DNA from: the human T2T-CHM13v2.0 reference genome, Homo sapiens
Strand: one strand, 5' to 3'
Length of the DNA stretch: 64,000 nt
Assembly: GCF_009914755.1 (NCBI RefSeq)
Contig: NC_060948.1
Shown here piece by piece: positions 38,321 to 52,230 of this stretch. The position numbers were made by a program, and so were the translations under genes. The stretch's first letter is position 1. Every line of letters starts with the position of its first letter. The notes below the pieces were generated by a model. The model worked only from the letters and a program-made list of their open reading frames with translations, was not told where the DNA came from and ran no database searches.

Positions 38321-38398
38321 CCCCCCAAAATTGATAAGTAAAAAAAAAATCCATATTCGAAAACATGCTCACAGGCTATCTCCCATATCTAACACACA

Positions 38399-38436
<38 letters not shown>

Positions 38437-38852
38437 TCCTTGAAAACGAAAGTTCCACAAGGGCAAAAGAAGAAAACAAATTTAACACCCCCCAAAGAAA
38501 GTACAAAGAGTAACCTCAAAAGAACCGCAGGGGAAAACAATTCAAAATTTACAACTATCTACCCTAAAAGAAGCTGAAAGTCCCTCAAAAACTTTCCAGA
38601 GGCCATGTCCTTGTATTACAAAAATGATCATAAAAACTGGCAGGAGTAGACGAATAGAAATGCATCTTAAAACTTGCTAAACCCTTCAAGTCTCCCATAA
38701 GAATTGTAATGGAAAATGGATCGGTCGGCAGCTTTTTCCATACAATTATGAACAAATTATATTTCTTCATACATAGATTTGTTTTTTCAATATTCTAAGG
38801 AATTAACTTTTATATTAATAGTAGGTGATGTAAGAAAGCAGGCCTTTATCAA

Positions 38853-41755
38853 GATAACTGACACTGGATGTCCATACCATTACTCAGGTGGGCCTTAATT
38901 CCCAGCCGGGTTCCCTCCCTGGACACACACTGAAGGTCCCCAGCCATTTGGCAATCTCTTCACATTCCCAGCCCTGGAGGTAGCCCTAAAATACATGTAC
39001 CTGAAGAAAATAAAACATTGCCTCACACTGGAGCCCAGTGTGGTCCTCCAGATTCCGTGTGAGGTGGACTAACTTATATGGGAAGGCAGGGCAGCGGGAG
39101 TGAGGATGGCAGAGAGGATTACACATGTCAAGGCAGCCGGGGTCATGGAAACAAAACATGACTGGCCTGGGAGAAACACTGTGAAAGGACACAGACCTAG
39201 GTGGGCCTCAGGTGGACATCCTCGTGGAGAAAAAGGGGGCCCTGGTTGATCTCAAAATGAGCCCCAGGTGGTAGCAGGTCTTACCGCAGGGCAGGGAGCT
39301 GGCGAGTAATGATGAGACAGCTATCCCTTAAGCCCTGCTTGTCACCCACTGACTTTAGCCACATATGCATCATAGTGGCTTAAGGTGCCCCGATCCTGAA
39401 ATGTGGGTGTTACATGTCCCTGATGGGCCTCTCTCCCCCAACCCACGGATTGCCTGGGATTGCTCACTGCAGTCTCCTCCCGGATCCTTGGGTTCTCCAT
39501 GTGGGGCCCAGATCCAGGTCAAAAGGCCTCTCAGTTCCCAGCCCTTCCCAGCCCTAGGCTGCTCGCCTGGCCTCCTCTCTGTTCCGCCTCTAGGGCTGAC
39601 CCTCTCTCCATGGGATAGAACTGCAATGGATTGAGCCATAGGCCCTGGCTGATGATCTAGGTGACTGCAGAAGTGGGTCCAGGACAGTTCAGGTGACAGT
39701 TCAAAGCCAATTCCCCAGAGACCAAGGAATGGCCAGCTAGGTCCTTTCCCATGATGCCCCACGGCGAACCCCACCTCAGCAATCCTGCCAAAACCCGGGC
39801 AGTCATGTTCAGCCAAACAGCTGAATGAGCTCAGGTAGGAGGTGTACTGCCTGCAGCTGGAGGCTTGACCTTCGTGATCCCAGAACCGCTGGACTGCAGT
39901 GGAATGAGACACCCTGTAGCCTGCAGGGAGAGGAGTCAGGAAGGTTCATGCCAGTCCCACCCTCCCACACACCAGCTCCCCTACCATGCTGGGAGGCATT
40001 CCTTACCGAGGATGCCAACACAGTGCTCCTTCATGATGATTTCACTGTGGAAATAAAGGTTGGGATGAAAGGAAATCATCCTGCCACCGGTAACCGGGAT
40101 GGCTGAGTTCCTCCACCTGCCGGATCAAGGAGAAAGAGGATGGATTCAATGGGACCATCTCAACTAGCCGGGCTGAGGTGGCCTACTAGCTGTAGTGAAC
40201 CATGAGTTTCCCCTTCCCAGCTCTCCCACTGAGACAACCCTGGTCCCCAGGGGGACCTCAAACTGACTCAGACACTGGACTCCTCCCACAGACCCAGGCT
40301 CCCCAGCCTGACCTGCAAATCCATCACGTAGCAAAGCAGGACTTCCGCATGCTTTCCGACCCACGCCGACATCTCGTGTGCCAAACAATCTACCTCTGCG
40401 CAAGAACTCTCCAGAGGATTGGGTGGGCAAGCCTCGTGACGCCTTGCAATTTCGCAAGAACACAGACAATGTGGAACAGGGCCATCTCCCAGACATTTGG
40501 CCAGTCACCCTTCATTGTTGGCCCTCTATCTCTGTCTGGCGAGGAGGCAACGCCACAACTGTGGTGGTTTTTGGAGTGGGTGGACCCCGGCCAAGACGGC
40601 CTGGGCTGACCAGAGACGGGAGGCAGAAAAAGTGGGCAGGTGGTTGCAGCTGAGGGACGGGAGGGACCGGGGGTGGTGTGAGGCGGCTGCTTCTCTGGGT
40701 TTCTGAGATGCAGGAGGCCTTTGTGTGCTGGGTGCTGGACATGCTCCGCTGATGTCCGGGTGTGTGGTGTCCTCTTATCCTAGTCTCCCTGAGGGGTGGG
40801 CCTGTCCACCTGAGGGAAGCCTTGTAGTTAGAAGCCACAGCAGGGTCGTGCCTGGCGCTCTCCAAGGGAATTGCGTGGGTCCAGAGGAAGTTATACAGGC
40901 TCAGGGCCTACACGCCTTTGAGTGCAGCGCCTGCAGTTGGATGAATGCGCATCTGCGGAGCTGGTGCCCGCCGTCAGGTGGTCGGCAGCCCCATGCGCCG
41001 CGAACCCATCTTAAGCACCTTGCGTTTCTGGGGTGAGCCTGCTGGAAACAGGCACCGAGAGCAGGGGTGGTTCAATGGCTGGTAATGGCATACAGATTCC
41101 CCGTCCTCCAGGGACGTTCCCAGGGAAACGCGTCCTTCGAATTTGGGCTGTGCGCAAAGGGACCTTGGCGCCGCGATTCTCCCTTGTCAGTGCTGGCCCT
41201 GGCTCCCCTTCCCTACCACGTGCTCCCAGGGCTGCTACAAGCGAGCTGCCCTCACAGCTGCGGGAACGTGGCCTCGGCTCCCACGCTGTCCCCCATCCCC
41301 TGCCTCCTGGCTGACCCCACGTGCCTCCCACCTGGCTCCTCCCCGCAAACAGCCCCCATACCCCCCGAGGCCCGATGACTATCCCCTGCTGCCCGCCATC
41401 CCAAATCGGCAGCCGCAAGGATATGGCTCTGGCTCACAAGGCGGAGATGCTCTGTGGCCTGGGGCATTCACGGAGCCCAGCTCCAAGTGAAGGACCTCCA
41501 GCGAGTCCACTGACGGCCCCGGTGTGCTCGGTCCAGGGCCAGGCTGTGCCCGCTGGCCCTCCTTCTGCCACCCCACGTCGGGCTCCACCTCAACCACCAC
41601 CTCCACCTCAGCCATGATGTCTTCCACCTTCAGCACCGCCTCCTCTTCCAAGGCCGCCTCCTTGCTCTGTACCCCGGCCGTCCTCTCCAGCATTGCCTCC
41701 AGCCTGAACACGGTTTTCTCCTGGGTGCTCCCACAGACCCTGGGCCTGCGCAGCC
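38853..41755 (-). pseudogene. FAM197Y: Inverted TSPY-derived locus, likely FAM197Y (second full copy)
   Basis: Homolog of 18570-21470; ORFs 39370..39912 and 41379..42143 carry the exon-4-like and exon-1-like peptides. Confidence 0.8.
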
Positions 41756-42766
41756 CAGCCCAGCCCAGCCCATGCCCCGCACCCGTAGGCTCTGGGGGCC
41801 CGCTCCCCAGCAGACCCGCTCCCTGCAAGACCCACGGGCGTCGCCCTGCTGTGAACCTGGTCCCACACCTACGTGGACCCAGGTTTCCTGAGGAGCTCCG
41901 CTGGACCCGCAGATCCCGCACTGGCCAAAGGGCTCCGGTCCCCAGCAGGCTCAACTGCGCACAGGAGCTCGGGAGCCAGAGGCCCCGGCCCTGGGCTTGC
42001 AGAGCCCCACCAACAGGCACCGCAACCGCTGCTGCGGGTGCGGGAGCCTCTGGGTCGTCAAGGCAGCGCACAACAGCGTGCGCGCAGGCCGACAATGGCC
42101 AACCCTGGCGGCTGGCCTCTGGTGTGCCCAGGGCATAGGACAAGAGGCCCTTTGGAATGCTCCTTGGAGTACAGCATCCTCAGGGAGGAAGCATGGTACT
42201 CGGAGCCTCTATTTGCCTCGACCTGTGAGAGTGTGTGCCGGGGCTCTGGCCTCTACAGCAGATCAATTCCACCTCAGCACCGGCAGGCGACTTTCCTCCC
42301 ACGTGCCCGCCCCGATCACTTCCCCCAGGACACCCCTGCCGCCCTTGCCCCAGCAACCAGAGAGAGTTCTCTGCATCTGCTGTATTACCTCCGTACCATC
42401 TACCTGGCCTGCCTAACGAAGAGAGATGTTTCCTGTGTTCATGACACATAGAGATGTTCATGGCTTGCCACACTGAGGATGTCAGGGCACAGGGCTGCCA
42501 TGCCCACAATTCCAAAGGCCACGCAGCCCGCGTGTGCCCGGATGCCTAGCTACCCGGCACAAGCTCCAAGGGCTTCTCGGAGGAGGCTTGGGCAGGGAAG
42601 GCGGGGGGTGGGGGGGCTGGAGATGCAGGCCCGCCAGTGGCTGTGCCGCCCAGGGAGACGCCCACCGCCCTCCCATTGATTGGCCACGACGGGAGGAAGT
42701 CGGCCTGGGTGCGGCCCCCCGGCCCTTCGCGCGCAGTCCCTTAGGGGGCGCCTGGAAGCCCGGCGC

Positions 42767-45329
42767 ATGCGCCCTGAGGGCTCGCTGACCTACCGGGTGC
42801 CAGAGAGGCTGCGGCAGGGTTTCTGTGGCGTGGGTCGGGCAGCACAGGCCTTGGTGTGTGCGAGTGCCAAGGAGGGCACCGCCTTCAGGATGGAGGCTGT
42901 ACAGGAGGGGGCGGCCGGGGTGGAGAGTGAGCAGGCGGCTTTGGGGGAGGAGGCGGTGCTGCTGTTGGATGACATAATGGCGGAGGTGGAGGTGGTGGCG
43001 GAGGAGGAGGGCCTCGTGGAGCGGCGGGAGGAGGCCCAGCGGGCACAGCAGGCTGTGCCTGGCCCTGGGCCCATGACCCCAGAGTCTGCACTGGAGGAGC
43101 TGCTGGCCGTTCAGGTGGAGCTGGAGCCGGTTAATGCCCAAGCCAGGAAGGCCTTTTCTCGGCAGCGGGAAAAGATGGAGCGGAGGCGCAAGCCCCAGCT
43201 AGACCGCAGAGGCGCCGTCATCCAGAGCGTCCCTGGCTTCTGGGCCAATGTTGTATCCTTCTCAGTGTTTCTTCGGCCTTTCTAGTGGAGAGGTGCTCTC
43301 GGGGAAGTGTAAGTGACCGATGGGCAGCTCGGCGTCGATGTGACTCTTTGGGGAACAAAGGGGAGTTGCCACGGACCAGTGTGGCTGTGGAAAGCCGGAG
43401 CAGGCGTGGGTACTATTGTCCTGCATGCGGCAGAGAAACCCTTGGTGATGCCGAGCAGCAGACGTTTGGGGCATCTTTTTGAAGAGCAGAAGCGAGTTCA
43501 GAGCGGAAGAGGTTTTTCAGTGAATGAAGCTATTTTTAAGGGAGTGTGATTGCTGCCCCTTGCTAGTCCGATCTGGGACTGGGCGTCTTCGGCTATAAGC
43601 AGATTCTGCCACTCCTCAGACACCAGCAAGTCTCTGCAAATCGCGCCTCCCCATGTCAGTGCAGTCAGCCTCAGAATCATACACCCTCTGTGAACACAGG
43701 AGGCCTTAGTTTACGGGGACGGGGAGGCGAAAGGAGATCATACATGGAAGCAGATCTGAGAAATCCCCTACCCCAGCCTCTGGGTGCTCTTAGGCCTTCT
43801 TCCCTGTTGCTCCTCGCTTTCCCTTCCATCGTGTGTAAAGTCTCTTTGACCTAAATCAGATTGCAAACCACCCCCAGATGTCAGCCCTGATCACTGACGA
43901 AGATGAAGACATGCTGAGCTACATGGTCAGCCTGGAGGTGAGGCCAGGAAGACTGGGGCTAGAGGGTTTAGCGGGGGAGGGTAAGGGAAATAATTCATTC
44001 CTGTAAGCAAGAGTGAGCACCTCACCCGAAAACCTATCTAAGCTTTCTCCACCTTGTCCTGACAGGTGGAAGAAGAGAAGCATCCTGTTCATCTCTGCAA
44101 GATCATGTTGTTCTTTCGGAGTAACCCCTACTTCCAGAATAAAGTGATTACCAAGGAATATCTGGTGAACATCACAGGTGACAGGTGGCTCCCAGGATGG
44201 GTAGTGGAAGGAAGATGGTGGGTGGATCATTGCCAACGGGATCCAGCCCCCTTCCCACAAAAACTCCTGTCTCTGTAGAATACAGGGCTTCTCATTCCAC
44301 TCCAATTGAGTGGTATCCGGATTATGAAGTGGAGGCCTATCGCCGCAGACACCACAACAGCAGCCTTAACTTCTTCAACTGGTTCTCTGACCACAACTTC
44401 GCAGGATCTAACAAGATTGCTGAGGTGAGTCCTCACTGGGAAACATGAGGAATGACCCCGTGTGTTCCCAGCTGCTTGGGTCACCTTTCTGAGCCCTGAT
44501 GAGGCCTTTCCCGATTGAGTCCCCTGACAGATCCTATGTAAGGACCTGTGGCGCAATCCCCTGCAATACTACAAGAGGATGAAGCCACCTGAAGAGGGAA
44601 CAGAGACGTCAGGTGAGCCGTTAGTTGGCACTGGAGCTGTTTGATGCCCAGTATAAGGGGGTTGACACACCTGCCTATTCAGGGAGCCTGGGTGCTCATT
44701 TCAGAAATGTAGAAATTGAGGCTCCTTTCGTACATGTAGAAATTCCTTGAGAGGAAGACAGAGAGTGACAGAATCCAGGACGTTCATGGCATTGGGCTGA
44801 AAAGGCACGTTAGAGACTGCACTGCAAAGCGGGTGATAGCTGTGGAGTCTTAAGCCCAGTGAAGAATCGTCCATTTCCAGAATCAATGAGAAGTAAAGCT
44901 GAAAATCATTCAGTTCAGTCTGTGGCACTTGATTCCACGGCTGTCAACCCCACCGGCAGTCATCCCACCAACCCCATGAGATTGGGCTCCCTGAATGTGC
45001 GTCCTGGTCATCCTTGCCCCAAACCACAAAGGACTGTTTAGATTGATGGATTTCCTTAAGCTGTTGCCCCATCAGACTTGTGTGTGCTTTTAGGGCCCAG
45101 TGCATCTTGTTAGCTGACTCCCCTCACAGACAATACTGGGAATGGGGCAGGGATTGCGCAGAACAGTTTGTAACACGTGGTAGGAGGAAGTTTAAGGGAT
45201 CACAAATGGGGAAGGGATATCCTTTTCTCAGCGGGCCCCACAATTGAAACATTTCAAAGTATGGCTCAGAGAAAATGCGTTTTAACATGAGTTTGTGTTT
45301 CTCTAGGGGACTCCCAGTTGTTGAGTTGA
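42767..45329 (+). CDS. TSPY: TSPY copy 3, 308 aa; exons 42767-43252, 43860-43937, 44066-44177, 44279-44424, 44531-44612, 45307-45329
   Basis: Reading frame and splice sites intact, as in copy 2. Confidence 0.96.
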
Positions 45330-45554
45330 ATATGATGGAGCATCAGATTTTACCTAATACAGCAGAACTCCTAAAAAGTTACAGCCATATGCAGGACGGC
45401 AGTACTCAGCATGGTCTTTATGCACAGGAACTAAAGGAAAAAGAGATCGAGTCACAAAAATTCAGGAAGAGGGGGTAAATGTGGATTGTATGGAATGAAA
45501 AATAAACATTCTCAAGGATGTGTGACTCTGTGTCTGTGTGTGTGTGTGTGTCTT

Positions 45555-45589
<35 letters not shown>

Positions 45590-48500
45590 TTATCCACTTT
45601 ATTCGGGTGTCATAATGAATTGATCAATCCACGTGCTTTATTCTCTTCATGGAAATAACCAGTCTGCGTTGGAGCTGGGCCTCTAAAGTTGTAGAGTGAA
45701 TGGGTGTGGGATGTGTTGGGATTCTTCCTACAGGACAGACTGGGAGAGGTAAAAGCAAAAGACAGCTTAGTTGGAGGCTGACTTCGTCCTATGGAAGCAG
45801 AGATAGTTCAAGGAAAGGGGTTACTGGGTTTCCAGGGCCCAGTTTGCTGGGACCTCCAAAATCCTTCATTTTGGGTATCATCATACACAGTAGCTAAGCA
45901 CAGGATGATGGAAATCTTAAAGTTCGCTTTCGTGTTGAATCCACATGTTCTTTTAAAGGTGAATGCATGATCCTTTTCTGGGACAATCAGCCTCTCAGGA
46001 CTTCTGAAACATCAACGTGAGAAGAAATGGGCATGTAAGGTGTATGGAGGGACTGTGGGAAAGGTGACAGAGGCATGTGGGAAGGCATTCAGGATACGCT
46101 TTTGGCATAGATGACTAAGGGAAAACAGAAACTTACAGAAGTGAGGGGAAAGGGGGTGGATTAGTGGAATATAAGATTGTTGGAGAATCCATCCATGGAC
46201 TCTCTTGTCACTTGATGACCCAGGATATGGACACTCTTGTTGATGTTTACATCTTTAGTTGTTTTAAGCTTTTCTCCAAGATTCTGTGTTAGGTGAGGAG
46301 CCAATAACGTATGTAGCTAACAACAGTACGAGTGCATTTTGTGCTCTTGCAAAGTCTAGTGAGGCTCTATTCTCCCTCGTGATTGGCACTGCAGATTGTA
46401 TCTGGAGCCCAGGGCCCCTAAATTTTCTGTGGCCTCTTCAGCATAGTTTGCCTAAGGTTTAGAACGTAAAGCGAATATAGTTGCGGAATATGTTTTGCAA
46501 GCCTCACACAGGAGGACAAAACATACAGCTTTCATTCGCGAGTGGGAGGCTGCTTCCCAGGAACACGTGTGTCTGCACAAGACAAGGGGTTGCCTCTGTC
46601 AAGGATGGGGCAGGAGGATTTCAGTGTCGGAGGCAGAACTTTCTTTCCTGTTCCCAGATGAAACAGTTCCAACACGAGCATCCATGTTGACCACACGCTA
46701 CTAGAGTGCTAACATTGCTGTCCCGTATAGACTCTGGTCAGCACAGCTTCTGTGAGAAGAGCTATGTTGTTTCAGGGAAGAGGGTTTGACAGTCAAAGTT
46801 CCTGAATCTGTTGTGGTGCCTGCAATATGCATTCTACACCTCCTGCTCGGTGTCAAAGCAGTTGAGCTTTGAAAATCTATCGCCTGGTTTTGTCCCTGCT
46901 CCTATGCAGACCTCTGAAGCTCTGGAGCGGGAGTCTTGTCCTCCTCTGACTACCGTCCCCCTGACCCACAAACACAGGAGAAACAGGTGTTCTAAGCAAA
47001 TTATTCTGAAAACAGTCGGAACACTTTGGCCCCCTCAAGCTGCCCTCTATCCTACTGTGTGCATGTCAAAGACACTGTGGTCCAGTACGGTATCCCTATA
47101 GCGGCAATGGGGCAACAGATTGGTGTGTGCACTCTGGGCAACTCAGATTAGGAAACGTCTGGGGACTTGCCTATAACGAGGTCGTCTTAAAACGTGTTGC
47201 CCCAAATTTAAGGCATAGGAAAATGTTGAGGAAAGGGTCTTGCAATGATTTTTCTAGGAGGTAAATAGATAAGAAAATGACCGTAAATAGATGCCAGGGC
47301 TAGTTTTGGAGCTAGCCTGTTTTAAAGTGGTGGTAGGGGAGGAGCTTTTTCCAAGGCAGGTAGCAAACCAGGAACTGTCTACGATGGATGGGTGTGCCAC
47401 GGGTTGGTGGCTCAGCCATATTGCCACCCCACCGAGTGAATGCAGCAGACTGGGCTTCTTCCTTGAATCCTACGTGCAATTCAGTCTAGTGATTTCACAT
47501 GAGATCCCTTCTTCTGGTATTATCACAGATCGTGCTGAATTATACAGGCTGTGTAATGCTTCTTCCACTGAATATCCGTGCACGTGGGCCACAGATGCTA
47601 AGGGCACTGACAAATTTGCACCGTGCCTCAGTAACTCGGAAGCACATCTGTAATTTGTACCGACAGGGACTTGGTGTCTTTTCGTGTTTAAAGTAGCACG
47701 TGTGTGTTTGTGGTTGCGTATGTTTATTTCTCTGTGCGGGTTTGTATATTTTCTCTGACTCCACCTGTGTCTCCGTGGTTCCGATATTTTTCCACACTCC
47801 CTGCGACAATTTGCACATGCCTATCTCTACAACCATTGTAGACTTTGTATCTGTGTCTTTGAACATCTGTCACTCTCTCTCCCTTCCTTTTTTCTTTTCC
47901 TTCCTTTACACCCCTTTCATCCTTCCCTTGCTTCCCCACCACACTCTCTCCATCTGTATCGTCTATGTTTCTATTCTCTATCTGGGTTTACTTTCTAATT
48001 CTGAATTCAAGGGCATTGAATTGAAAAGAAGCACTCTTCGTACTTTTATGTGTTTTAACTCATTTGGGGAATTTGGCGTGGTATTATTTACAGGGTTCTC
48101 TCTGCCCTTTCTCATTGTTCTCCCCAGCCGGGGCTGTTATTATGTGAAAGCTGGTTTCCTTCATCACATCGCGTAGGCTCTAATGATGTTTCGTTTATTT
48201 TGATTCTCCTCACACTACATAGTTTTAATTTACCTAATGTGACTGTTTTTTTGTTTGTTTTCCGAGAATGGGTCTTACTCTGTCTTCTAGGTTGGACAGC
48301 AGCCCCACGATCTCAGCCCACTGCAGCCCAGGCACCACACACCCATGTGATCCTGTCAACTCAGACTCTCACACACCTGGCAGTACAGGTGCATGCCACC
48401 CCTCCAAGCTATGTATTAATTAACTAAATACTTACTTTTTGAATGTGGGTCCATGTTGCCCCAGGCTCATCTGGAACTCCTGAGTGCAGGCAATCCTCCC

Positions 48501-48691
48501 ACCTCAGCTTATCAAAGTGCTGGGATGACAGGTGTGACCCATGGCCCTGCCATGGCTTTGTGTTTTTTGCTTTTTTCTTCCTCCTCCTCACGTCTTGTTT
48601 TGAAACATGCACTGAAGGTTTCAGTTCATGGACTGTAGTCTCTGTGCCTGGAATTTCTATCTTTCAACTCATCATCAGCATTCATTGGGAT

Positions 48692-48736
<45 letters not shown>

Positions 48737-48999
48737 AGAATACCTATGTACACACATATATATGTATATACATGTATATACGTATATATGCACATTTATA
48801 TACGTATATACATGTATATACGTATATATATACATGTACACATATGTATTTATTTCTCAAGTTACGAAACGGCTTGCATTCTTTCCTGTGTCATGAAAAA
48901 GACTTTGCTAGAAAAGAAAAGCACTGCTTTATAATAAAATATTTTATTTGCATTTATTTTGTTAAGGCATTTTAAAAATTGTATGTTTGTTTAAAAAAT

Positions 49000-50740
49000 G
49001 TCATATGAAATGATACATATTTACAACTTAAGGCGTGATGTTCAACAGGTCATATACATTATGCATTGGATACATCCAGCCAATCAACATATGTGTGACC
49101 TCACATAGTTGTCATTTTTGTTGTGAAAAAACTTGACTTGCACTGTATTCGAATATTTTTAGAGAAAGAATATGTTACCACTAGTTATAGTGAGCATGCT
49201 GAAGAAAATATTTTTAACCTATTCCTCCTTTATAACTAGAAGTATGAGTTCTTCATCCAGCATCTCGTCAGTGCACCCTCTTCACCGCAGTCATTGGAGT
49301 CACTACTTCTGTGAAGTCCGCTTTTTTGATTTCATATAAGAATGAGATCATGTGCTATTTTCCTTTCTGATACCTGGCTTATGTCACTTAACAGAATGGC
49401 ATGCACACATTCAGCAGATTCCCACACATTCTCACAACTGGCAGGATTTCCTGATTTCTTATTGCAGCGCATATTTCCGTTGCGCATATGCGTTTTTGCC
49501 CCATTTTTTAATCCACTTATCAATGGAGGGACACTCAGGTTGCTTCCGCATTTTGGCTACAGCAAAAATGTAATGAGTGCAGCAATAATTGCATGGGTGC
49601 GCGCACCGCTTCAACATACTGATCTGTGTACTGGCGGGCGTGCCCGGGTATTCTGATTTGCTGGATCATATAGTGGGTGGTTCTACTTGTAGATTTCTGA
49701 AGGCTGTTTATACTTAAATAAGAGCCATAAAGCTTCTTTAATGCCAGCACTAATTTACATTCTCCCCAAAAGTGAGCAGGGAATTCGTTTTCTCTGCCTC
49801 CTCACCAGAGATTAGGGTTTTCTTTTCTTTCTTTTTTTTTTTTTGTTTGTTTGTCTTTCGGATAATATGCATTCTGACTGAAGTGAGAAGAAATCTCATT
49901 GTGTTTTTGATTTGCATTTTCGTGATGGATTGGGGATAATGAGGAATTTTTAGTGTGTCTTCTGGGCAACTGTATGTCTCAGTTTCACAAATGAGTCTTC
50001 GCAGCCTTCGCCCATTTGTTTTCATGCTATTGAGTTGTTGGGAGTTCCTTATGTACTGTGACTATTCCCCCATGAACAGATGTATGGTGATCCAATCATT
50101 GCTCCCATCCTGTAGGATGCCCCTTCTGTATGTTGAGTTTTCTATGGTGTGGTGAAGCACTTTAGTTTGATATGATTCCATTCTCTATTTTTGATGGTGT
50201 TTACTGTGTTCTTGCAGTCACTTTGAGACCATCATTGCACACACGGACGCCATGGAGCTTCTTCCTTGTGATCTCTTCTGCTATTTTTATCGTTTCACAT
50301 CTGACACTGGAGTTTGGTGATAAATAATCCACTTGTAAAATCCTTTGTGTGGCTATTCAGATTTCCCCAACCTAGTTTATAGAAGATACTTGATTTTGCA
50401 TTGGGCGTTCTTGCTTCTTTGGGAAAAGGCTGTGAGCTGCAAATGCAGTGACTTAGTTCTGGGCTCCTGTTGTTTTTCCTAAGCTCTAGTCTCTGCTTTT
50501 CTGCCAGTGCTATTGTATTTTGGTACAAAAAGTTTTGTAGTAGTATATCATGAAGTTAGGTAGTGTGGTGGCTCCAGCTTTGTGCTTTTTACTGGATTGC
50601 TCTGGGTTTTCAGGATCTTCTGCCATTTCATAGCAAATTTGGGATTCCCAGATTGTTTTTCTAAGAAGAATGTGTCATTGATATTTTTACAGGGGTTGTA
50701 TAGAATCTGAGGATGACTCAGGTAGTAGTGATGTCAATGC
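49000..50740 (-). mobile_element. Old L1 fragment (unit 3 copy)
   Basis: Homolog of 8410-10150. Confidence 0.8.
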
Positions 50741-50784
50741 CGTTTAGACAATGTGCGTGTTTGTGTGCACAAGCTCAGGGCCAA

Positions 50785-52230
50785 GAGACACTGGGTGTCC
50801 TCACCAATACTGAGGTGGGCCTTAATATCCAGCCAGATTGCCTTCTGGAAACACACGGAATGTCCTGTTCTGTTTTGCCATCTCTTCACATTTCCTCCCC
50901 TGTGAGCCCTGTGTGGTCCTCCAGATTCCCTGTGCGGTGGCCTGCCTTTTTTGGGGTGGGGAGTTGCTGGGTGAATGAGGATGGCGGAGGGAACCAAGCA
51001 TGTCAGTGGAGCGTGGTGTCATCCAAACGGTACTTAGCAGGCCTGGGAGAGTCATTCTGGGAGGACGCAGACCTAGAGAGGCCTCAGGTGGGCATCTGTG
51101 TGGAGGGTGAGAGATCCCTGGTTGAGCCCAAACTGAACCCCAGGTAGAAGCAAGCCTCAGGACAGGGAAGTAGCTAGCAAGGGATGATGAGGCAGCTATC
51201 TCTTGACCCTGGCTTCCCACCCATTGACCTTAGCTACTTATGCCTATTAAGCAGATTACGGTTCCCCCATCGTGAAATGTGGGTACCACAGTTCCCTGAT
51301 GGGCATTTCTCCACCAGCCCATGATGGCCTGAGTTTCCTTACTGCAGTCTCCTCCCTGAGCCTTGGCTTCTCTATGTGTGTCCTAACTCCAGGACCCACA
51401 GGCCTGTCAACCCCCAGCCCTGGGCTGCTTCCCTGGCCTCTTCTCTGTTCCCTCTCTGAGGGCCTAACTCCCTTGGGTAGTGCTGCAGAATATAGAGCCA
51501 CAGGCCCTGGCTGATGATCTGGTGGACTGGGCAAATTGGTCGTGACAGGTCAGGTTCTGGTTCAAAGCCAATTCCTCCGATGCCAAGGAATGTCGAAGAA
51601 GGTCCTTTGCCATGATGCCCCATAGCTGCCCCACCTCAGCAATCGTGCCGTAACCTGGGCCCTCACAGTCAGACAACCAGCTGAAGAAGCTCAGGCAGTG
51701 ACCTGCGGGAAACTCGGGCTTTCACCTGCATGACCCTAGAACCACTGGACTGCAGTGGAGCCAGTCGCCCTGTATCCTGGAGGGAGACGAGTCAGGAAGG
51801 CGCACGCCAGGCCCAGCTCCCGAGGTACTACCCCCTCTACTCCTCAGGGAGGATGCCAACGCAATACTCCTTAGTCATCACTTTGTTTCCGAAGTAAATG
51901 TTGTGATGAAAGGCAAACTTCTTCCTACCCCTTGTATTCAGGGTGGCCGAGTTCCTCCACCTGCCTGTCCAAGAAGGAGAAACAGGGCTGTGAAGGGGCA
52001 ATTTCATCTAGGTGGGCTGAGGTGGCATTCTAGCCGGGGTGAAGCATGCGTTTCCCCTTCCCAGCTTTCCCGCTGAGACACACCTGAGCCCCAGAAGGAC
52101 CTCAACCTGACCAGGACCTTAGCACCCTCCCCCAGACCCAGGCTTTCCATCCTGACCTGCAAATCCAACATGCAGCTTTGAAGGACTTTCTCATGGTTTC
52201 TGAGCTCCTTGCTCTCACCAGAAAGAATCA
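50785..52230 (-). pseudogene. Mid-unit inverted TSPY-paralog relic (unit 3)
   Basis: Homolog of 10195-11640. Confidence 0.8.
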
